NCBI RefSeq assembly: GCF_009914755.1
Contig: NC_060933.1
Strand: one strand, 5' to 3'
DNA from: the human T2T-CHM13v2.0 reference genome, Homo sapiens
Length of the DNA: 64,000 nt
Positions within the stretch are counted from its first letter, which is position 1. The number at the start of each line of letters is the position of its first letter. Under the pieces are notes generated by a model. The model ran no database searches and was not told the DNA's origin. It saw only the letters and a program-made list of their open reading frames with translations. This document shows positions 57,801 to 64,000 of this stretch, piece after piece. The translations under genes were made by a program, and so were the position numbers.

Positions 57801-60800
57801 GAATGAAATGGAATGGAATGGAATGGAATGGAATCAACAAGAATGGAATGGAAAGGAATGGAATCAACCCGAGTGTAATGGCATGGAATGGAACGGAATG
57901 GAATGGGATGGAATGGAATGGTACGGAATAGAATGGAATGGAATGAAATGGAATGGAATGAAATGGAATGGAATGGAATGGAATGGAATGGAATGGAATG
58001 AACCCGTGTGCAATGGAATGGAATGAAATGGAATGGAATGGAATGGAATGGAATGGAATCATCTCGATTGCAATCGAATGGAATGGAATGGAATTAACCC
58101 GAATAGAATGGAATGGAATGGAATGGAATGGAACGGAACGGAACGGAATGGAATGGAATGGAATGGAATGGAATGGAATGGAACGGAAAGGAATGGAATG
58201 GAATGGAATGGAATGGAATGGAATGGAATGGAATAGAATCAACGCGAGGGCAGGGGAATGGAATGGAATGGAATGCAATGGAATGGAATCTTCCGGAATG
58301 GAATGGAATGGAATGGAATGGAATGGAATGGAATGGAATAAACCCGAGTGCAATGGAATGCAGTGGAATGGAATGGAATGGAATGGAACAACCCGAACGG
58401 AATGAAATGTAATGGAGTGTAAGGGAGTTGAATAGAATCAATCCGAATGTAATGGAATGGAATGGAACGGAATGGAATTGAATGGAATGGAATGGAATGC
58501 AATGGAATGGAATCAACCCGAGTGTAATGGAATGGAGAGGAATGGAATGGAATGGAATGGAAACTACCCGAATGGAATGGAATGTAAAGGAGTGTAAGGG
58601 AATTGAATAGAATCAATCCGAATGTAATGGAATGGAATGGAACGGAATGGAATGGAATGGAATGGAATGGAACGGAATGGAATGTAATGGAATGGAATCA
58701 ACCCGAGTGCAATCGAATGACATCGAATGGAATGGAATGCAATGGAATGGATTCAACTTGAATGGAATGGAAAGAATGGAATCAACACGAGTGGAAGGGC
58801 ATGGATTGGAATGCAATGGAATGGAATCAACCCGAGTACAGGGGAATGGAATGGAATGGAATGCAATTGAATGGAATCATCCGTAATGGAATGGAAAGGA
58901 ATGGAATGGAATGGAATGGAATGGAATGGAATGGAATGGAATGGAATGGAATGGAATCAACACGATTGCAATCGAATGGAATGGAATGGAATTAACCCGA
59001 ATAGAATGGCATGGAATGGAATGGAACGGAACGGAATGGAATGGAATGGAATGGAATGGAATGGAACGGAACGGAATGGAATGGAATGGAATGGAATGGA
59101 ATGGAATGGAATCAACGCGAGTGCAGGGGAATGGAATGGAATGGAATGCAATGGAATGGAATCTTCCGGAATGGAATGGAATGGAATGGAATGGAATGAA
59201 ATGCAATGGATTCAACTCGATTGCAATGCAATGTAATAGAATGGGATGGAATGGAATGGAATGGAATTAACCCGAATAGAATGGAATGCAATGGAATGGA
59301 ACGGAATGGAACGGAATGGAATGGAATGGAATGGAATGGTATGGAATGGAATGGAGTGGTACGGAATAGAATGGAATGCAACGAATTGTAATGGAATGGA
59401 ATTGAATGGAATGGAATGGAATGGAATGGAATTGAACGGAACGGAACGGAATGGAATAGAATGGAATGAACGAAATGGAATGGAATAGAATGCAATGGAA
59501 TGGAATGGAATTGTTCCGAGGGAATAGGAGGGAATGTATTCGAGTGGAATGGAAAGGAATGGAATCAACCAGAGTGGAATGGAAGGGAATGGAATGGAAT
59601 GGAAACTAATAGAATGGAATCAACCCGAGTGGAATGGAATGGAAAGGAATGGAATGGAATGGAATGGAATGGAATGGAATGGAATGGAATGGAATGGAAT
59701 CAACTCGATTGTAATGGAATGGTATGGAATGGAATGGAATGGAATGGAATGGAATTAACCCGAATACAATGGAATGGAATGCAATGGAACGGAATGGAGT
59801 GGAATGGAATGGAATCAACCCGAGTGCAGGGGAATGGAATGGAATGGAATGCAATGGAATGGAATCATCCGGAATGGAATGGAATGGAATGGAATGCAAT
59901 GCAATGGAATCAACTCTATTGCAATGGAATGGAATGGAAAGGAATAGAATGGAATCAACCCGAGTGGAATGGAATGGAAAGGACTGGAATGGAGTGGAAT
60001 GGAATGCAATGGAATGGAATTAACTCGATTGGAATGGAATGGAAAGGAATGGAATGGAATTAACCCGAATAGAATGGAATGCAATGGAATGGAACGGAAT
60101 GGAATAGAATGGAATGGAATGGAATGGAATGGAAAGGAATCAAACCGACTGCAGGGGAATGGAATGGAATGGAATGCAATGGAATGGAATCATCCGGAAC
60201 GGAATGGAATGGAATGTAATGGAATCAACTCGATTGCAATGGAATGGAATGGAATGGAATGGAATGGAATGGAATGGAATTCATCCGAATAGAATGGAAT
60301 GGAATGGAATGGAAAGGAATGGAAGGGAAGGGAATGGAATGTAATCAACCCGAGTGCAGGGGAATGGAATGGAATGGAATGCAATGGAATGGAATCATCC
60401 GGAATGGAATGGAATGGAATGGAATGGAATGGAATGGAATAGAATGCAATGGAATGGGATCAAACCGAGTACAATGGAATGGAATGGAATGGAATGGAAT
60501 GGAATGGAATGGAATGGAATGGAATGGAATGGAATTGAATGGAATGGAATGCCTTCAAACTGAATGGAATGGAAAGGAATGTAATCAACACGAGTGGAAT
60601 GGAATCGAATGGAATGGAATGGAATGGAATGGAATGGTACGGAATAGAATGGAATGGAACGAAATGGAATGGAATGGAATGGAATGGAATGGAATGGAAT
60701 GGAATGGAATGGAATGGAATGGAATGGAATGGAATCGTTCCGAGTGGAATAGGAGGGAATGTATTCGAGTGAAATGGAAAGGAATGGAATCAACCAGAGT

Positions 60801-61017
60801 GCAATGGAAGGGAATGGAATGGAATGGAAACTAATAGAATGGAATCAACCCGAGTGGAATGGAATGGAAAGGACTGGAATGGAATGGAATGGAATGGAAT
60901 GGAATGGAATGAACTCCATTGTAATGGAATGGAATGGAATGGAAAGGAATGGAATGGAATGCAATGGAATTAACCCGAATACAATGAAAAGCAATGGAAT
61001 GGAACGGAATGCAAAGC

Positions 61018-61045
61018 AATGGAATCAACTCGGGTTGATTCCATT
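61018..61045. other. Inversion breakpoint; 28-bp quasi-palindrome with 5-bp microhomology
   Basis: AATGGAATCAAC-TCGG-GTTGATTCCATT has perfect 12-bp inverted arms (61018-61029 and 61034-61045). ACTCG (61028-61032) is shared by the + strand CAACTCG(ATT) spacer and the - strand CAACCCGAGT spacer. Confidence 0.95.
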
Positions 61046-61405
61046 CCCTTCTTTCCATTCCATTCCATTCCATTCCATTCCGTTCCATTCCATTCCATTA
61101 CATTCGGATTGATTCTATTCAATTCCCTTACACTCCATTACATTCCATTCCATTCGGGTAGTTTCCACTCCATTCCATTCCCCTCCTCTCAATTCCATTG
61201 CACTCGGGTTGATTCCATTCCATTGCATTCCATTCCATTCCATTCAATTCCATTCCGTTCCATTCCATTCCATTACATTCGGATTGATTCTATTCAACTC
61301 CCTTACTCTCCATTACATTCGATTCCATTCAGGTTGTTCCATTCCATTCCATTCCATTCCACTCCATTCCATTGCACTCGGGTTGATTCCATTCCATTCC
61401 ATTCC

Positions 61406-61420
61406 ATTCCGGAAGATTCC
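61406..61420. promoter_or_regulatory. Heat-shock element motif in the inverted block
   Basis: ATTCCGGAAGATTCC is the reverse complement of GGAATCTTCCGGAAT. Confidence 0.55.
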
Positions 61421-61717
61421 ATTCCATTACATTCCATTACATTCCATTCCCCTGCACGCGCGTTGATTCCATTCCATTCCATTCCATTCCATTCCATTCC
61501 ATTCCATTCCATTCCTTTCCGTTCCATTCCATTCCATTCCATTCCATTCCATTCCGTTCCGTTCCGTTCCATTCCATTCCATTCCATTCTATTCGGGTTA
61601 ATTCCATTCCATTCCATTCGATTGCAATCGAGTTGATTCCATTCCATTCCATTCCATTCCATTCCATTCCATTTCTTTCCTTTCCATTACGGATGATTCC
61701 ATTCCATTGCATTCCAT

Positions 61718-61877
61718 TCCATTCCATTCCCCTGTACTCGGGTTGATTCCATTCCATTCCATTCCAATCCATGCCATTCCACTCGTGTTGATTCCATTCT
61801 TTCCATTCCATTCAAGTTGAATCCATTCCATTGCATTCCATTCCATTCGATTCCATTCGATTGCACTCGGGTTGATT
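61718..61877 (-). repeat. pHuR98-like module in the inverted block
   Basis: The reverse complement reads AATCAACCCGAGTGCAATCGAATGGAATCG...GATTCAACTTG...GGAAAGAATGGAATCAACACGAGTGGAATGGCATGGATTGG...CAACCCGAGTACAGGGG, so the inverted block is the same subfamily. Confidence 0.75.
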
Positions 61878-64000
61878 CCATTCCATTGCATTCCATTCCA
61901 TCCCATTTCATTCCATTCCATTCCTTTCCATTACATTCCATTCCATTCCATGCGATTGCAATCGAGTTGATTCCATTCCATTCCTTTCCATTCCATTCCA
62001 TTGCCTTGCATTCCACTCGGATTGATTCCATTCCCTTCTTTCCACTCCATTACATTCCCTTCCATTCCACTCGGAATGATTGATTCCATTCCATTCCATT
62101 CCATTTCATTCCATTGCAATCCATTCCAATCCATTCCATTATATTCCATTCCACTCGACTTGATTTCATTCCATTCCTTTCCATTCCATTCCACTCCTTT
62201 CCACTCGAGTTGATTCCATTCCATTCCATTCCTTTGCATTCCATTCCATGCCATTCCACTCGGGTTGATTCCATTCCATTCCATTCCATTCCATTCCATT
62301 CCATTCCATTGCATTCCATTCCATTCCTTTCCCCTGCACTCGGGTTGATTCCATTCCTTTCCATTCCATTTAATTCCATTCCATTCCATTCCATTCCATT
62401 CCAATCCGTTCCATTCCATTCCATTCCATTCCATTGTACTCGGGTTGATTCCATTCCATTGCATTCTATTCCATTCCATTCCATTCCATTCCATTCCATT
62501 CCATTCCATTCCGGATGATTCCATTCCATTGCATTCCATTCCATTCCATTCCCCTGCACTCGCATTGATTCCATTCCATTCCATTCCATTCCGTTCCATT
62601 CCATTCCGTTCCGTTCCGTTCCGTTCCATTCCATTCCATTCCATTCCATTCCATTCCGTTCCGTTCCATTCCATTCCATTCCATTCTATTTGGGTTAATT
62701 CCATTCCATTCCATTCGATTGCAATCGAGTTGATTCCATTCCATTCCATTCCATTCCATTCCATTCAATTCCATTCCGTTCCATTCCATTCCATTACATT
62801 CGGATTGATTCTATTCAACTCCCTTACTCTCCATTACATTCCATTCTATTCGGGTTGTTCCATTCCATTCCATTCCATTCCACTCCATTCCATTGCACTC
62901 GGGTTGATTCCATTCCATTCCATTCCATTCCGCAAGATTCCATTCCATTGCATTCCATTCCATTCCATTCCCCTGCACTCGCGTTGATTCCATTCCATTC
63001 CATTCCATTCCATTCCATTCTATTCCTTTCCGTTCCATTCCATTCCATTCCATTCCATTCCGTTCCTTTCCGTTCCATTCCATTCCAGTAGATTCTATTC
63101 GGGTTAATTCCATTCCATTCCATTCGATTGCAATCGAGTTGATTCCATTCCATTCCACTGCATTCCATTCCATTCCATTCCATTCCTTTCCATTCCATTA
63201 CGGATGATTCCATTCCATTGCATTCCATTCCATTCCATTCCCCTGTACTCGGGTTGATTCCATTCCATTCCATTCCAATCCATGCCATTCCACTCGTGTT
63301 GATTCCATTCTTTCCATTCCATTCAAGTTGAAACCATTCCATTGCATTCCATTCCATTTGATTCCATTCGATTTCACTCGGGTTGATTCCATGGCATTGC
63401 ATTCCATTCTATTCCATTCCATTCCATTCCATTCCTTTCCATTCCATTCCGTTCCTTTCCATTTAATTCCATTCCATTCTATTCGGGTTAATTCCATTCC
63501 ATTCCATTCCATTCCATTCCATTCCATTCCATTCCAATCGAGTTGATTCCATTCCATTCCATTCCATTCCACTCCATTCCAGTCCTTTCCATTCCATTCC
63601 ACTCGGGTTGATTCCAATGTATTCCTTTCCATTCCATTCCATTCCATTGCAATCGAGTTGATTCCATTGCTTTGCATTCCATTCCATTCCATTCCATTCC
63701 GGATGATTCCATTCCATTGCATTCCATTCCATTCCATTCCCCTGCACTCGGGTTGATTCCATTCCATTCCACTCCATTCCGTTCCATTCCATTCCATTCC
63801 GCTGTATTCGGGTTAATTCCATTCCATTCCCTTCAATTCCATTCCATTCCAATCCATTACAATCGAGTTGATTCCATTCCATTCCATTCCATTCCATTCC
63901 ATTCCATTCCAGTCATTTCCATTCCATTCCACTCGGGTTGATTCCATTCTATTAGTTTCCATTCCATTCCATTCCCTTCCATTCCACTCTGGTTGATTCC

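Larger units (their letters stand above)
1..61032 (+). repeat. Satellite III (HSat3) array, GGAAT (purine-rich) orientation
   Basis: Continuous (GGAAT)n with variant pentamers (GCAAT, GGAAC, GTAAT, AGAAT, GGAAA) and the satellite III-diagnostic spacer CAACCCGAGT and relatives every ~40-150 bp. No non-satellite insert seen. Confidence 0.98.
61028..64000 (-). repeat. Satellite III (HSat3) array, inverted orientation ((ATTCC)n on the + strand)
   Basis: The + strand becomes (ATTCC)n with ACTCGGGTTG, AATCGAGTTG and CTATTCGGGTTAA spacers, the reverse complements of the modules used upstream. It continues to the window end. Confidence 0.98.

Noticed and set aside
1-61032. Telomeric repeat, G-quadruplex array or (GGAA)n EWS-FLI1 microsatellite
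   Set aside because: No TTAGGG; GGG(G) runs are isolated; the unit is 5 bp, not 4 bp.
61018-61060. Intrinsic terminator or transposon terminal inverted repeat at the hairpin
   Set aside because: The context is eukaryotic satellite, with no U-tract, target-site duplication or element body. The inversion itself explains the hairpin.
16104-62941. Purifying selection on the HSE core
   Set aside because: HSE-preserving variants (~6) and HSE-breaking lineages (193, the 27412 family, 54218, 62927) are too few to show constraint.
6-63941. Hundreds of MEWNG / IPFHS ORFs as protein-coding genes
   Set aside because: (GGAAT)n has no stop codon in any frame and supplies ATGs in all three forward frames. 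The ORFs overlap in all six frames and show no domains.
1-64000. CRISPR-like repeat-spacer pattern
   Set aside because: The spacers are themselves repeated, mutated pentamers. There are no unique spacers, leader or cas genes.
58000-64000. Fold-back sequencing chimera or perfect giant palindrome
   Set aside because: Mirror symmetry ends after 12 bp, and the right side has a different module order and its own variants. Read support should still be checked.
1-64000. HSat2, Y-chromosome DYZ1 (~3.6 kb) or D15Z1 (~1.8-kb KpnI) identity
   Set aside because: The dense CATTCGATTC/GATGAT pattern of HSat2 is absent, no regular 3.6-kb or 1.8-kb period is seen, and the KpnI sites are few and irregular.

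Overview
The whole 64 kb window is classical human-type satellite III (HSat3): a (GGAAT)n pentamer array interrupted by a small set of recurring spacer modules (CAACCCGAGT, CAACTCGATT, CAACGCGAGT, TTAACCCGAATAG and others). I see no unique sequence, transposon, RNA gene or credible CDS. All MEWNG/IPFHS ORFs are frame artefacts of the stop-free pentamer. A ~160-bp module matches my recollection of the chromosome 9q12 clone pHuR98, so 9q12 is the best, unverified, guess. Main observations: (1) a strand inversion at 61028-61032, joined through a 5-bp ACTCG microhomology inside a 28-bp quasi-palindrome, with further rearrangement scars on both sides; (2) about 45 copies of GGAATCTTCCGGAAT, a perfect nGAAnnTTCnnGAAn heat-shock element; (3) a probable 2-bp hairpin micro-inversion in one of those elements; (4) nested local duplications of ~1.1, 1.3, 2.4, 2.6-3.2, 2.8 and 8.1 kb rather than one higher-order repeat; (5) pentamer register shifts that are almost all -1. 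I found no evidence of a new gene-encoded system. Counts and offsets were read by eye and block boundaries are approximate.
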